This document shows positions 27,389-37,479 of a stretch of 64,000 nucleotides of DNA, one piece after another (the stretch's first letter is position 1; each line of letters opens with the position of its first letter). This DNA comes from Synechococcus sp. UW140 (GTDB lineage: Bacteria > Pseudomonadota > Gammaproteobacteria > Burkholderiales > Burkholderiaceae_C). The notes under the pieces were generated by a model. The model saw only the letters and a list, made by a program, of their open reading frames with translations, ran no database searches and was not told the origin of the DNA. The stretch is from contig CALRUK020000021.1 in the NCBI GenBank assembly GCA_943371335.1, forward strand, positions 4,909 through 68,908. Reading direction: 5' to 3'. The translations under genes and the position numbers were made by a program.

Positions 27389-28597
27389 CTAGCCTCGCCG
27401 CGGCATGCGCCAGGGCAGCATGGCCTGCACGGCCGGGGACACCAGGCGCGGCACGTTCAGCGTTTCATGAAAGCTCGTGACCTCCTGGCCCAGCAACTGG
27501 CTGCGCAGCACGGCGCGCTGGTAGAAGGGCGTGTCTTCGAGCTGCTGGACGACGCTCACCGGCCCGTCGCTGCGCATGCGCCGGGGCAGTCGCCAGCCGG
27601 TGCGCGCCAGGCGCTGCAGGGGGGGCGCTTCGAACTCGGTCACGCTGCCGTCCGGGTGAAAGCGCAGGGCCAGCCGCCGGCCATGCGCCTGGCCGGGTTC
27701 GACGTCGTAGATCACGGCGGTGCTGCCGTCGGCCAGCGGGCTGCGCGACCAGTCCCATTCCTGGAAGGCGCGGTCCACCGGCTCGCTGCCTTCGTTGCTG
27801 TCCAGGTAGGCATGGCCGCTCCAGCGCAGGGCCGGGTGCTGCAGATCCACCTCGATGCGGGCGGCGGGCGCCAGCGGGCCCCAGTGGTGTCGGCCCTGGG
27901 TGTCGAGCGCGGTGCTGAAGTGGAACAGCCGTTCGGGCACCACCCGCACGGTGCCGCGGATGCGGCGTGGCAGGGGCACGCCCACTTCGTCGATGTCGAT
28001 GTTCAGCGCGTGGCCGTCCCAGTGCAGCCGGCTCGGGCCAATGGTGAAGTGGTCCTGCGCGCGGTGGCAGTGCGGCGCGCCGCGCTCGGTCATGCTCCAG
28101 CGCTTGGCGCCGGGGCTGTAGAGGGCGACGTTGAGTGCGTTGTGGTCGTCCGGGTTGCCGGGGCCCTTGCGGCGCGCCCACGCGTAGTAGGGCGAAAAAA
28201 CGCTGCCGACAAAAGCGATCAGGCTCAGGCCGTGTTGGCCGTCGCCGCTGAGGGCATCGAGGTACCACCAGAGGTAGCCACCGGGTGCAACCGCCTGGTC
28301 AAACCGGGGCTGGCCAAGAGGGCCTCGGCCGCGAACTGTCCCGACAGGGTCGCCATCGGCACCCCGGGCCCCGGGTGCACGCTGCCCCCCGCCAGAAACA
28401 GGCCCGGCACCGGCGTGCCCGCCACCGGGCGGGCGAATGCCGAGCCCCAGCCGTGGCTCGCCTGGCCGTAGAGCGCTCCACCCGTGGCCGGGTACAGGCG
28501 GTGGAAGTCCGCCGGCGTGGTGCGCAGGCTGCCCGCGCTGTGGGGAGAGAGGTGCAGGCCGCAGCGGCTCAGCAGCTGAAAGGCTTGAGTCTCGCAT
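27389..28597 (-). CDS. crtC: Hydroxyneurosporene synthase (carotenoid 1,2-hydratase); start uncertain, overlaps crtD
   Basis: PRFDQAVAPGGYLWWYLDALS.DG.HGL..IAFVGSVFSPYY, YLDSNEG.EP, WDWSR, EDTPFY.R, HETL. Confidence 0.93.
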   Translation of the reverse strand: MRDSSLSAAEPLRPAPLSPQRGQPAHHAGGLPPPVPGHGWSALRPGEPRLGLGIRPPGGGHAGAGPVSGGGQRAPGARGADGDPVGTVRGRGPLGQPRFDQAVAPGGYLWWYLDALSGDGQHGLSLIAFVGSVFSPYYAWARRKGPGNPDDHNALNVALYSPGAKRWSMTERGAPHCHRAQDHFTIGPSRLHWDGHALNIDIDEVGVPLPRRIRGTVRVVPERLFHFSTALDTQGRHHWGPLAPAARIEVDLQHPALRWSGHAYLDSNEGSEPVDRAFQEWDWSRSPLADGSTAVIYDVEPGQAHGRRLALRFHPDGSVTEFEAPPLQRLARTGWRLPRRMRSDGPVSVVQQLEDTPFYQRAVLRSQLLGQEVTSFHETLNVPRLVSPAVQAMLPWRMPRRG

Positions 28598-29799
28598 CGG
28601 TCAAGTTCCTCGGTGGTGATGGTGTGCTGGTCGCCCGTGGCGGGCGCGTTGACCAGGGCGAGCAGGCGTTCGTGGGTGCCGTCGTGTGGCGCAGACGAGG
28701 TGCCGCGGTCCTGTGCGCAGACGTAGACGGTGGGCGCAGCGGGCAGGCGATGGTGCGTGAACACGTCGCTGAATTCCTGGGCGTACGGCGCTTTGCCGGG
28801 GTGCTGAAAAAACACGTTGTGCCGGTCCAGCGCGAGCGCGCTGGTGGGCGCGTTCAGGCTCCACGTGAGCGCCGACAGCGAGCGCTGCGGCGCCCGCGCG
28901 GGCACCGCACGCTGCACCGGCTCGCCCAGCAGGCCGGTGCGCAGGGCGGCTGCGTCGCCGTTGAACACCACGCTGTCGGCGCGCAGGGTCTCGCCGTTGG
29001 CCAGGCGCACGCCGCACACCCGGCCCTGGTGCAACTCGATGCGCTCGCAGCGGTGCCCGTAATGAAACACGGCACCGCGTGCGCGGGCCAGGCGCTCCAG
29101 GCAGGCCGCCAGGGCGTGCATGCCACCGTCGATCGACCACACGCCGTCCATTTCCACCTGGGCGATCAGCATCAAGGTGGCAGGGGCCTGCCAGGGTGAC
29201 GAACCGGTGTAGGTCGCGTAGCGCGCAAACAGCTGGCGCAGACGCGGGTCGGTGAACTGGCGACCCAGGCTGCTCCAGAGGCTGGTGAGGGGGCCCAGCG
29301 CGGTGAGCGTGGCGAGCCCCTGCAGGCCGATGTCGCGGGTCAGGCGCACCGGGTGGGGCTGGGGCTGGCGCATGTAGGGGGTTTCCAGCGTCTGGTACAC
29401 GGCGCGGGCTCGCGAGCAGAAGCGGGCGAAGCGCTGCGCTTCGGCCGCGCCGGCGAAGCGGCCCACGGCGTCGAGCGACGCGGCCGGGTCGGCGTGCAGG
29501 TCGAGCTGGCTGCCGTCGTCCCACCAGTGGCGGGCCAGCACCTGCAGCGGCCGGATGCGCAGCTCGGCCTCCAGCGTGGTGCCCACGGCGGCCAGAAGCT
29601 GGTCGAACACCCAGCGCATGGTGAACACCGTGGGGCCGCTGTCGACCGGTGCGCCGTTCACCTGCAGCTGGCGCAGCTTGCCGCCGGGCGCCGCACCGGC
29701 TTCGACCACGGTCACCTGCAAGCCTTGCTGCGCCAGGCGCAGCGCGCTGGCCAGGCCGCCCATGCCGGCGCCGATCACGACCACGCGGTGGTCGCTCAT
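28225..29799 (-). CDS. crtD: 1-hydroxycarotenoid 3,4-desaturase (524 aa)
   Basis: VVVIGAGMGGLASA, VDSGPTVFTMRWVF, RYATYTGSSPWQAPATLML, GLFLAGGSVHPGPGVPMA. Confidence 0.95.
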   Translation of the reverse strand: MSDHRVVVIGAGMGGLASALRLAQQGLQVTVVEAGAAPGGKLRQLQVNGAPVDSGPTVFTMRWVFDQLLAAVGTTLEAELRIRPLQVLARHWWDDGSQLDLHADPAASLDAVGRFAGAAEAQRFARFCSRARAVYQTLETPYMRQPQPHPVRLTRDIGLQGLATLTALGPLTSLWSSLGRQFTDPRLRQLFARYATYTGSSPWQAPATLMLIAQVEMDGVWSIDGGMHALAACLERLARARGAVFHYGHRCERIELHQGRVCGVRLANGETLRADSVVFNGDAAALRTGLLGEPVQRAVPARAPQRSLSALTWSLNAPTSALALDRHNVFFQHPGKAPYAQEFSDVFTHHRLPAAPTVYVCAQDRGTSSAPHDGTHERLLALVNAPATGDQHTITTEELDRCETQAFQLLSRCGLHLSPHSAGSLRTTPADFHRLYPATGGALYGQASHGWGSAFARPVAGTPVPGLFLAGGSVHPGPGVPMATLSGQFAAEALLASPGLTRRLHPVATSGGTSMPSAATANTA

Positions 29800-30620
29800 G
29801 ACCGGTGACCCTGTCGGTGTTGCACGGGCAGCTGGTGCACGCTGCCGCCGTCGGCGGGGCCATCGCCCAGGTCGTTGGGCCGGGGCCACTGGCCTTGCTG
29901 CTCCAGCAGGCGCATGCGCACAAACAGGGACTCGGAAAAGTACTGGTCTTTGTAGGCCGCTGCCATGGCCTGCTGGTGCGCGCCCTGGTGCGCGTAGGCG
30001 AGCATGGAGGGGGTGTCTTGCCACAGGCTGAAGGTGCACTGCCGGATCAGCGGTATCTCGCCCAGACCCATGGCCAGCGTGCAACCCCGTGCCTGTTGCA
30101 TGGCCGCATGGGTGGCCGGCGCATTGCGCCAGAAGGCCACTGCCTTGCCCGGGCGGATGCTGGCGCGGGTGAGCGCGGCCAGGGGCCTGGGGTCGGTGAA
30201 CGAAGGGTCGTCGTTGGCGGCAATGCCGTGTGCGCCCAGCTGCGTGGCGGGCGTGACGCCCCAGGCCTCGCCATCCCAGGCGCCGCGGGCCGACACCACT
30301 TCCAGCATGCCGCACCAGAAGTCGGCGGCGCGTTCGCGGTAGGCCTCCACCACGGGGCTGGAGAGGAAGGCGCGGGCGTGGTCGGCGTGGTCCATCAGCG
30401 TGATCAGGCCCTGGTGGCTGGGGCTGGGCCGAAGCCCGAAGCCGCCACCCGCGCCGCTGCCCATGACCTTGCAGAACATCATGCCGGGGGTGGCCTTGAG
30501 CGGGCTGGGCCCTTGCACCAGGCGCAGCCAGGCCCAGGACTGGTGCGGCCGCCGCACATTGGCCAGCACGACCGTCACCACCCCGGAGAGCTTGATGAGG
30601 TGGTGGGCCGGGGCGCTCAC
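29796..30620 (-). CDS. crtA: Spheroidene monooxygenase
   Basis: FCKVMGSGAGGGFGLRPS, LTRASIRPGKA..FWR..P, GLGEIPLIRQCTFSLW, HQQAM...Y...FSESLFVR; located between pufC and crtD. Confidence 0.88.
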   Translation of the reverse strand: MSAPAHHLIKLSGVVTVVLANVRRPHQSWAWLRLVQGPSPLKATPGMMFCKVMGSGAGGGFGLRPSPSHQGLITLMDHADHARAFLSSPVVEAYRERAADFWCGMLEVVSARGAWDGEAWGVTPATQLGAHGIAANDDPSFTDPRPLAALTRASIRPGKAVAFWRNAPATHAAMQQARGCTLAMGLGEIPLIRQCTFSLWQDTPSMLAYAHQGAHQQAMAAAYKDQYFSESLFVRMRLLEQQGQWPRPNDLGDGPADGGSVHQLPVQHRQGHRS

Positions 30621-30633
30621 TTGCGTTACCGCA

Positions 30634-31731
30634 TCACTGGGTGGCGGGGGCCACCGCGGCGGGCGCTGCAGCAGGGCCGTCCGTGGGGGCGGTGGCCATC
30701 TTCTCGAAGGCCGTGCGCAACGAGGCCAGGCCCGGCGAGTCTTTCAGCATCGGGGCGCCAAACACGGGCTTGTACGCACCCTGGTGGCAGGTGGCGCAGT
30801 TGAGCTTGGCCACGTCGCCCAGCTCACCCTTGCGGTTGGCCGGGAAGGTGTCGGTGAGCGGCACCATGTGCTCGTTGTTGAGCGCCTGCACCATGCGGAT
30901 GCCGTGGTACGCCGTCACGCGCTGGGGCGGGCCACCTTCCCATTTGCCGAACGACTGGGTGGCGTGGCAGAAGGTGCAGTTCACCCCGAGCGAGGCCGAC
31001 ATGTGCGTCATCAGCGAATAGGTCTTTTCGGTCTGCGCGATGCTGGCGGTGTGGTCGGTGGGCAGCGCCTTGGTCGAGGCCACGCGGATCGGTTCCTTGC
31101 TCAGGAGGTACGACGAGAAGGCGTCGTAGGGCAGTGAGCTCAGGCCCGCGCTCACCCCGGGGGTGTTCTGGCGCATCTTGTTGCCGATGAAGTCCGCGCC
31201 GGCTTTCTGGGGCTCGGGCTTGAACCAGACGAACTTGGGCACCGGCTCACCGCGGTGGCAGGTGAAGCAGGTCACGCCGGTGGTCGACACGTGGTTCTTC
31301 CAGTCGGCGTTGATGGTCTGCGTCATCTTGATCATGTCGCGCGCCACCAGCTTGGTGTACAGGCTGTCGTCGGCAAAGTTGCCGGCGTTGTGGCAGTACA
31401 CGCAACCTTTGTCGGGCGCCACCCAGTTGGTCATGGACGCCATCAGGTTGGTGAAGTCGCCCACGCTCAGGTGGCCCAGCACCTTCACGTTCTGGTACAC
31501 GTCGCCGGCCTTGGGGCCTTCGGGTGATGCGGGCGGTGGCGGGGCGGGAGGCTGGTTGGCCTCGATCACGCCTTCCATGATCCGCGGGTTGTAGACCTGG
31601 ACCATGCCGGTGCCCCGGTAGCCGGTCTGCACCGTGTCCATGGGCGGGCGCTCGCAGGCGCTCAGCAGCACCAGGGAGCCCAGTGCCAGGAGCCGGAGCC
31701 AGCGGCTGGATGTGATGTGCTTGGGGTTCAT
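30634..31731 (-). CDS. pufC: Reaction-centre-bound tetraheme cytochrome c (365 aa)
   Basis: Lipobox [14 protein letters not shown], four CxxCH motifs (CVYCH, CFTCH, CTFCH, CATCH); ATG overlaps the pufM stop. Confidence 0.96.
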   Translation of the reverse strand: MNPKHITSSRWLRLLALGSLVLLSACERPPMDTVQTGYRGTGMVQVYNPRIMEGVIEANQPPAPPPPASPEGPKAGDVYQNVKVLGHLSVGDFTNLMASMTNWVAPDKGCVYCHNAGNFADDSLYTKLVARDMIKMTQTINADWKNHVSTTGVTCFTCHRGEPVPKFVWFKPEPQKAGADFIGNKMRQNTPGVSAGLSSLPYDAFSSYLLSKEPIRVASTKALPTDHTASIAQTEKTYSLMTHMSASLGVNCTFCHATQSFGKWEGGPPQRVTAYHGIRMVQALNNEHMVPLTDTFPANRKGELGDVAKLNCATCHQGAYKPVFGAPMLKDSPGLASLRTAFEKMATAPTDGPAAAPAAVAPATQ

Positions 31732-32708
31732 TTCGCGCCTCCCGGGGTCAGGGCTGGGTCCATCACGGCAGGGAACACGTCGGGGTACGGTGGTGCCACG
31801 CCATGCTTGATGGCCCAGAGGTACCAGTTGTCCACCACGGTGCCGCTCAACAGGATGCCGATGCCGCCCACCAGCGGGCACAGCACGGCGAACCACCAGG
31901 CCCAGCGGTGAATGGATTCCATGGTGGCGTTGAAGCCCATGGTCCAGCGCCAGAAAAGCGCAGCGCGTTCGCTGGCGGTGCCACGGTCCACGATCTGCTC
32001 GATCTCGCGTTCACCACCGAAGCGGCTCACCGCGAGGATGGTGGCACCGTGCATGGCAAACAGCAGCGTGGCGCCGTAGAGGAACGCGATCGAGAGCGCG
32101 TGGAACGGGTTGTAGAAGAGGTTGCCGTAGCGCAGCGAGAAGGCCGCTGTCCAGTCCAGGTGCGGGAAGATGCCAAAGGGCACCGCCTCGCTCCACGAAC
32201 CCATGAGCACCGGGCGGATGAAGCCCAGCACCAGGAACAGCCAGATGGCGGCCGCAAAGGCCCAGGCCACGTGCGTGCCCATGCCGAGCTGGCGTGCGCG
32301 GGTGTAGGTGCGCGCCCACCACAGCAGCACGGAGGCGGTGAGGAAGCCGCCTGTGATCAGCCACCAGCCGCCTTCGTTGAGCGGTGGCAGCGACAGGCCG
32401 TACTGCGCAGACGGTGGCTCCAGCGCGAGCCAGAACAACTGCCGCACGAACTGGATCGGGTCCCAGTTCACCGAGGCGAGCATGTTCAAGCCGATGATGT
32501 TGAACGCCAGCACGCCGAAGATCAGCGAGGCGATGCCCAGGCCACCGAGGTAGATCGGACCGATCTGGGCGTTGCCCAGGCGACCGAACAGGTGAACGAT
32601 GGCCGGCTCCTTGCCGGTGCGCGGGCTGTTGCCGTGCGGCAGCGGCACGCCGTGGTGCAGCGGGCCGGTGGCCTGCACGGTGGTGAAGAGGTTCTGGTAT
32701 TGCGCCAT
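31728..32708 (-). CDS. pufM: Reaction centre M subunit
   Basis: [60 protein letters not shown]. Confidence 0.98.
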   Translation of the reverse strand: MAQYQNLFTTVQATGPLHHGVPLPHGNSPRTGKEPAIVHLFGRLGNAQIGPIYLGGLGIASLIFGVLAFNIIGLNMLASVNWDPIQFVRQLFWLALEPPSAQYGLSLPPLNEGGWWLITGGFLTASVLLWWARTYTRARQLGMGTHVAWAFAAAIWLFLVLGFIRPVLMGSWSEAVPFGIFPHLDWTAAFSLRYGNLFYNPFHALSIAFLYGATLLFAMHGATILAVSRFGGEREIEQIVDRGTASERAALFWRWTMGFNATMESIHRWAWWFAVLCPLVGGIGILLSGTVVDNWYLWAIKHGVAPPYPDVFPAVMDPALTPGGAK

Positions 32709-32726
32709 GGTGGTTCTCCTCGGTTT

Positions 32727-33566
32727 TTATTTGAGGGGCCACTGGGCCCAGATCGGCATGTTCAGCCACCAGCCCCACCACTCGGGCCAGCCCCGGCTCC
32801 AGAACGGTCCGCTGATGACGATGCACAGCGCGCTGAAGAGCACGGCGGCCAGCGCCAGGAACAGGCCCAGGCGGTGAATGCCCAGGGTGCCGATGGAGTA
32901 GCCGATGGTGTCGCGGAAGAAGGTGTCTTCGTGCTCCGGTGTCTTCACCACTTCGCCCTTCTTGGGGTTGGTGGCCGAGAGGATCAGCGAGCCGTGCAGC
33001 GACAGCGCGAAGGTGGTGGCAAAGAAGAAGCTCACCGCGATCATGTGCGCCGGGTTGTAGTGGAAGTGCAGGTACTGGTAGCCCACGTTGGACACCCAGT
33101 CGAGGTGGCTGAAGATGCCGTAGGGGAAGCCGTGGCCCCAGGCCCCCAGCAGCACCGGCCGGATCACCACCAGCGTCACGTAGGCCAGGATGGCCACGCC
33201 GAAGGCCGCGGGCACGTGGTAGCCCATGCCGAGTTTTCGGCAGATCTCCACTTCACGCAGCGCCCACGACACGAAGGCGCCGATGGCACAGACGGTGATG
33301 AGCTGCCACAGGCCGCCTTCCATCAGTGGCGCGAAGCGCAGGCCGTAGGACAGGTCGGGCGGCGCAATGCTGATTTGCCACAGGTTCCAGGTGGGGCCTT
33401 GCGAGGCGCCCCAGAGGATCATGGCGGTGCCCAGAAACGCGAAGAACAGCGTGGTGACACCGAAGAAGCCGACGTAAAACGGACCCACCCAGAAGTCAAA
33501 CAGGTCGCCGCCCAACAGGGTGCCGCCGCGTACGCGGTATTTTTTTTCGAAATTGAGCATGGCCAT
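32727..33566 (-). CDS. pufL: Reaction centre L subunit
   Basis: [50 protein letters not shown]. Confidence 0.98.
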   Translation of the reverse strand: MAMLNFEKKYRVRGGTLLGGDLFDFWVGPFYVGFFGVTTLFFAFLGTAMILWGASQGPTWNLWQISIAPPDLSYGLRFAPLMEGGLWQLITVCAIGAFVSWALREVEICRKLGMGYHVPAAFGVAILAYVTLVVIRPVLLGAWGHGFPYGIFSHLDWVSNVGYQYLHFHYNPAHMIAVSFFFATTFALSLHGSLILSATNPKKGEVVKTPEHEDTFFRDTIGYSIGTLGIHRLGLFLALAAVLFSALCIVISGPFWSRGWPEWWGWWLNMPIWAQWPLK

Positions 33567-33625
33567 GGTGCGGCCCTCCTGACTCAGGTGGAGTTATGAC
33601 GTCAAAGCGAATGGGGGGAGGGGCC

Positions 33626-33665
33626 CAGATGCTGCGCCGCCCGATGGGCGCGGTCGCAGCATCTG
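33626..33665 (-). other. pufA-pufL intercistronic stem-loop (mRNA stability or partial termination)
   Basis: 11-bp inverted repeat CAGATGCTGCG ... CGCAGCATCTG with further inner pairing; this is the position of the known pufBA-protecting hairpin. Confidence 0.7.
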
Positions 33666-33682
33666 CACACCTCGTGCGACGT

Positions 33683-33883
33683 TCAGGACGTCTTCGAAGG
33701 CGTTGCTGCGGGCATCGGTGCGAGTTGCGCCGATGCTGCCGGGGCCTTTTTCGGGCCGTCGAGCCAGTTGAACTTGTTGGTGCTCAACAGGATCAGGTGA
33801 ATCATGGCTGCGAGTGCAAACAGGAACACTGCCTGCGCGACCATGGTACGGAGGGGGTCGAAAAGACGCCAGATTCTCCACAT
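33683..33883 (-). CDS. pufA: LH1 alpha polypeptide
   Basis: [28 protein letters not shown] (BChl-ligating His and Trp). Confidence 0.96.
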   Translation of the reverse strand: MWRIWRLFDPLRTMVAQAVFLFALAAMIHLILLSTNKFNWLDGPKKAPAASAQLAPMPAATPSKTS

Positions 33884-33895
33884 GATGTTTTCTCC

Positions 33896-34120
33896 TTAGA
33901 TCAGTTGGGACATGACCGTGTAAACCGCGGCATGCACGCCCGAGAAAATGCTGGTCTTCTGTTCTGCGCCAGGCAGCCATTCCCGCCAGTGCATGCCCAC
34001 CAGCTGGCCAAACATGGCAGCCGACAGCAGCAGCAGAAAGCACGGAACAAAGATCAGGACAAACGAAAGCTTGTCTTCCCGGTGAGTGGGCTTATGGGTC
34101 TCATAAGACACGACGTTCAT
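33896..34120 (-). CDS. 74-aa membrane protein between pufB and pufA (orf74-like; possibly a distant PufQ relative)
   Basis: GGAGA RBS, one TM helix (SFVLIFVPCFLLLLSAAMFGQLV) and HWREWLPG; fills the whole pufB-pufA gap. Confidence 0.75.
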   Translation of the reverse strand: MNVVSYETHKPTHREDKLSFVLIFVPCFLLLLSAAMFGQLVGMHWREWLPGAEQKTSIFSGVHAAVYTVMSQLI

Positions 34121-34159
34121 GGCAGTTCTCCAATCATGAAAAGTGAAGCCGGTCTTGAC

Positions 34160-34303
34160 TCAGAGCCAGGGCCGCCAGAACCACACGAGCGCATGGGCGA
34201 CCACGGCAATCGCCGTGAACCCAATGAAGCCCTGGATGTAGTACTGGTGGAACTCCTGAGCTTCCTCGTCGGTCAGGCCGGAAATCGATGTCCGCGTTGC
34301 CAT
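34160..34303 (-). CDS. pufB: LH1 beta polypeptide (47 aa), not in the ORF track
   Basis: Hand translation [47 protein letters not shown]; AAGGAG RBS. Confidence 0.97.
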   Translation of the reverse strand: MATRTSISGLTDEEAQEFHQYYIQGFIGFTAIAVVAHALVWFWRPWL

Positions 34304-34442
34304 ACGAATGCTCCTTCTCAATAAGGCCGTGAGGCCTGCGTTGCGCCCGACCCGCGCAACCTGGGCAGCCGCGGCGAGATGCCACGACGTGGGGGTGACC
34401 CGGCCTGCTCGCCGGAATCCGAATGGGGTGTGAACCGCGTGC

Positions 34443-35924
34443 TCATGCCGGCTCTCCCAGGCCGAGTTCGCGGCCTGCGGTGTTCACGTGGGTTTCGCTC
34501 ACGGCTTCGTCGCCGCTGTCGCGCGCGCGCTGCTCGGCCGAGTCGCGCAGCCGCTTGGCCACCGAGATCTGCACCAGCACCGGCTGGTTCGAGATGAGGG
34601 CGTGCAGGCGGGTCTGGGCGCTGTCTTCCCAAGGCGTGGCCAGGCCGGCGGCGGCGCCGCGCGCCAGCGTCGGGTCGACCTTGTCCATCTCGGTGCCCAG
34701 CGGCAGGATGTGGAACAGCGCGTCAAACAGCGCGTTGCACACCTCCTGGATCAGGTAGGTGGCACCGCTGTAGCCCATGAACGGGGTGCCGGTGTGGCGG
34801 CGGATGATGGCGCCGGGGAACGAGGCCGGAATGAACGCGGCGCGCATGGGTCCCGTGCTGCCGGCTTCGGCCAGATACATGCGCTCGTTGAAGCTGCCAA
34901 ACAGGATCAGCGGCGTCTGCGTCTTCACCAGCTCGCGCACCGCGGCGTTGTCGGTTTTTTCACCGGCCTTGCGCGAGACCGCAAAGCGGCAGGGCAGGCC
35001 CATCTCGGCTTCCAGGAAGTGCTGCAGGCCGCGCGCATAGGTGCCGTTGGCCACCACCGCAAAGCTCGCGGTGGCAAAGAAGTCTTGCGTGACCGAGCGC
35101 CACAGGTCCCACACCGGCTTGATGGTGGTGTGCTTCTCGCGCTCGATGAAGGGCTCCGGGTCCAGGCCCAGCAGCTCGCCGAGCGTGCGCAGGAATTTGG
35201 TGGTGCTGTGCAGGCCGATGGGCGCCTGCAGGTAGGGGCGGTCCAGCGCTTCGCAGAGCATGCGGCCGAACTCGCGGTACATGCAGATGTTCACGTCGGC
35301 TTCGACCAGGCGCGAGACTTCAGAGAGGTGGCTGCCCAGCGGAAACACCAGGTTGATCTCGGCGCCGATGCCTTGCACCAGGCGGCGAATTTCGGCCAGG
35401 TCGCTGGGGCCGTTGAACACGCCGTAGCTCGGGCCGATGATGTTGACGCGGGGCTTTTCGCCGGCGGGGCGCTCGGCCATGGGCTTGCGCGCCGGCACCT
35501 TCTTCATGCCGTATTCGCTCCAGAGCCAGAACATGGCGCGGTCGGCGCATTGCCACTGGTCTTCGTCGATGGTGCGCGGCAAGAAGCGCATGAGGTTCGT
35601 GCCTTCGGGCGTCACGCCGCCGCCGATCATCTCGGCGATGGAGCCGGTGACCACCACCGCGGGCAACTCGGGGTCGAGCACCGCGTGGGCGCGCTTCATG
35701 GAGCCTTCGGTGCCTTCGCGGCCCAGCTGTTCTTCGGCCAGGCCGGTCACCACGATCGGCAGCTCGTGCGGGGGCAGTGCGTCGGTGTAATGCAGCACGC
35801 TTGTGACCGGCAGGTTCTCGCAGCCCACCGGGCCGTCAATGACCACCTGCAGGCCCTTGATGGCCGTGAACACATACACGGCGCCCCAGTAGCCGCCGGC
35901 GCGATCGTGGTCAAGCACCAACAT
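34443..35924 (-). CDS. bchZ: Chlorophyllide reductase subunit Z (493 aa)
   Basis: [50 protein letters not shown]. Confidence 0.97.
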   Translation of the reverse strand: MLVLDHDRAGGYWGAVYVFTAIKGLQVVIDGPVGCENLPVTSVLHYTDALPPHELPIVVTGLAEEQLGREGTEGSMKRAHAVLDPELPAVVVTGSIAEMIGGGVTPEGTNLMRFLPRTIDEDQWQCADRAMFWLWSEYGMKKVPARKPMAERPAGEKPRVNIIGPSYGVFNGPSDLAEIRRLVQGIGAEINLVFPLGSHLSEVSRLVEADVNICMYREFGRMLCEALDRPYLQAPIGLHSTTKFLRTLGELLGLDPEPFIEREKHTTIKPVWDLWRSVTQDFFATASFAVVANGTYARGLQHFLEAEMGLPCRFAVSRKAGEKTDNAAVRELVKTQTPLILFGSFNERMYLAEAGSTGPMRAAFIPASFPGAIIRRHTGTPFMGYSGATYLIQEVCNALFDALFHILPLGTEMDKVDPTLARGAAAGLATPWEDSAQTRLHALISNQPVLVQISVAKRLRDSAEQRARDSGDEAVSETHVNTAGRELGLGEPA

Positions 35925-37461
35925 CTTGTGCCTCCCGTTTCTTCGCAGCCTTCTCGTTGAGCCGGCGCATTTCCTTGCGGAAGTTCGGGAACGGCTTGGG
36001 CACGTCTTGCCACACGCCGGCATCGTCGCCCTGGCCCACGCCACCGAAGAATTCCTTCATGGCGTTGAAGCGGTGCTGGTTGCCCATGGCGGCATTGACC
36101 ACCTGGATCAGCGAACCGGCGCCAGCCACGCCCATGAGGGGGCGCGCGGAAATGAGGTTGGTGTAGTAGAGCGCCGGCACGCAGGCTTCCTTGGCGGCCT
36201 GCACCACGGGCGTGGTGCCAATGGCCAGCTGCGGCTGGTATTCGTGCAGCGCATCGAGGTCGTTTTCGAGCGAGGCGCGGAACTGCACTTGCACGCCCTT
36301 GGCGCGCAGCCAGGCGGCGTCGTGTTCGTTCCACGGCGTGGCCGGGCAGGCCGAGCCGACGTAGCGCAGGTCGGCGCCGCATTCAACCAGCAGGCGGCCC
36401 ACCAGGAGTTCGGAACCTTCGTAGCCGCTGAGGGTGATGCGGCCGTTGATCTTCTGTTGCGACAGCACGCCGCGGATCGCGCCCAGCGTGGCGTTGCGTG
36501 CCGTGTCGATCAGGGCCTGCGACACGCCGGTGGCTTCACCGATGGCGCCCAGCCAGTCGTGCGTGCCGTCCACGCCCACCGGTGCCGAGCCCACGACAGG
36601 GCGGCCGGCCAGCTGGAATTCGCGGATGCTGGCGGTGTAGAACGGGTGGATCGCGGCGACCGCGCTGCCGTCGAGCGCGGCGTACAGCTCGCGCCATTCG
36701 CGGGTGGGCGCCGTGGTGCCCACGGCCAGGCCCATGGGCGCGATCATCTGCGCGATCAGCATGGGGTCGGCCGGGAACATTTCGCCGAGCAGGGTGATGG
36801 TGGGCTTGTCGCTGCGGGCCTGGCGCGGGGCGGGCACCGGGCCGGCAAGCACTTCCTGCCGTGCGTATTTCAGCATCGCACCGGTCAGCACGTCTTTGGC
36901 TTCTGCGTGGGTCGGCACACCGAAGCCCGGCACGTCGATGCCGATGATGCGCACCCCGTTGATGGACGGTGGCAGCAGCTGCAGCGGCACGCCGCTGGCG
37001 GTGGGCACGCAGAGGTTGATGATGACGATGGCGTCGAGCTGCGCCGGGTCGGCCTGGGCGTGCACCGCCTCGCGGATGTCTTCAAACAGCTTGCCGGTGA
37101 CCAGCGATTCGCTGTTGAACGGCACGTAGCCGACGCTGCGGCGCGCGCCGTAAAAGTGGGACGTGAACGTGAGGCCGTACACGCAGCAGGCCGAGCCGCT
37201 GAGGATGGTGGCCGTGCGGCGCATGCGCAGGCCCACGCGCAGCGAGCCGAAGGCCGGGCACATGCTCTGGGGCTGGTCGTGCGGGCCGTTGTGTTCGCCC
37301 TTGGGGTAGTCCTGTGCGTACTGCGCCAGCACCTCGCTCTTGCCTGCCGACTTCGCCGCAGCCAGCAAGGTTTCACCGCCCGCATGGCAGCCCATGCCAT
37401 CGCCTTCGATGGCGGTCTGGCCTGCCGGGACGGGGATGATCGGGATGGTGGTGGTGTTCAT
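35911..37461 (-). CDS. bchY: Chlorophyllide reductase subunit Y
   Basis: [52 protein letters not shown]. Confidence 0.97.
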   Translation of the reverse strand: MNTTTIPIIPVPAGQTAIEGDGMGCHAGGETLLAAAKSAGKSEVLAQYAQDYPKGEHNGPHDQPQSMCPAFGSLRVGLRMRRTATILSGSACCVYGLTFTSHFYGARRSVGYVPFNSESLVTGKLFEDIREAVHAQADPAQLDAIVIINLCVPTASGVPLQLLPPSINGVRIIGIDVPGFGVPTHAEAKDVLTGAMLKYARQEVLAGPVPAPRQARSDKPTITLLGEMFPADPMLIAQMIAPMGLAVGTTAPTREWRELYAALDGSAVAAIHPFYTASIREFQLAGRPVVGSAPVGVDGTHDWLGAIGEATGVSQALIDTARNATLGAIRGVLSQQKINGRITLSGYEGSELLVGRLLVECGADLRYVGSACPATPWNEHDAAWLRAKGVQVQFRASLENDLDALHEYQPQLAIGTTPVVQAAKEACVPALYYTNLISARPLMGVAGAGSLIQVVNAAMGNQHRFNAMKEFFGGVGQGDDAGVWQDVPKPFPNFRKEMRRLNEKAAKKREAQDVGA

Positions 37462-37479
37462 GGTGGGTGGCCGTGAGGC

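Noticed and set aside
33594-33662. Small pufK-like ORF between pufA and pufL (MLRPRPSGG...)
   Set aside because: About 22 codons, coincides with the hairpin, no convincing RBS or hydrophobic segment.
34134-34385. 83-aa track ORF over pufB
   Set aside because: Wrong frame; the true pufB (34160-34303) is in another frame with all LH1-beta motifs.
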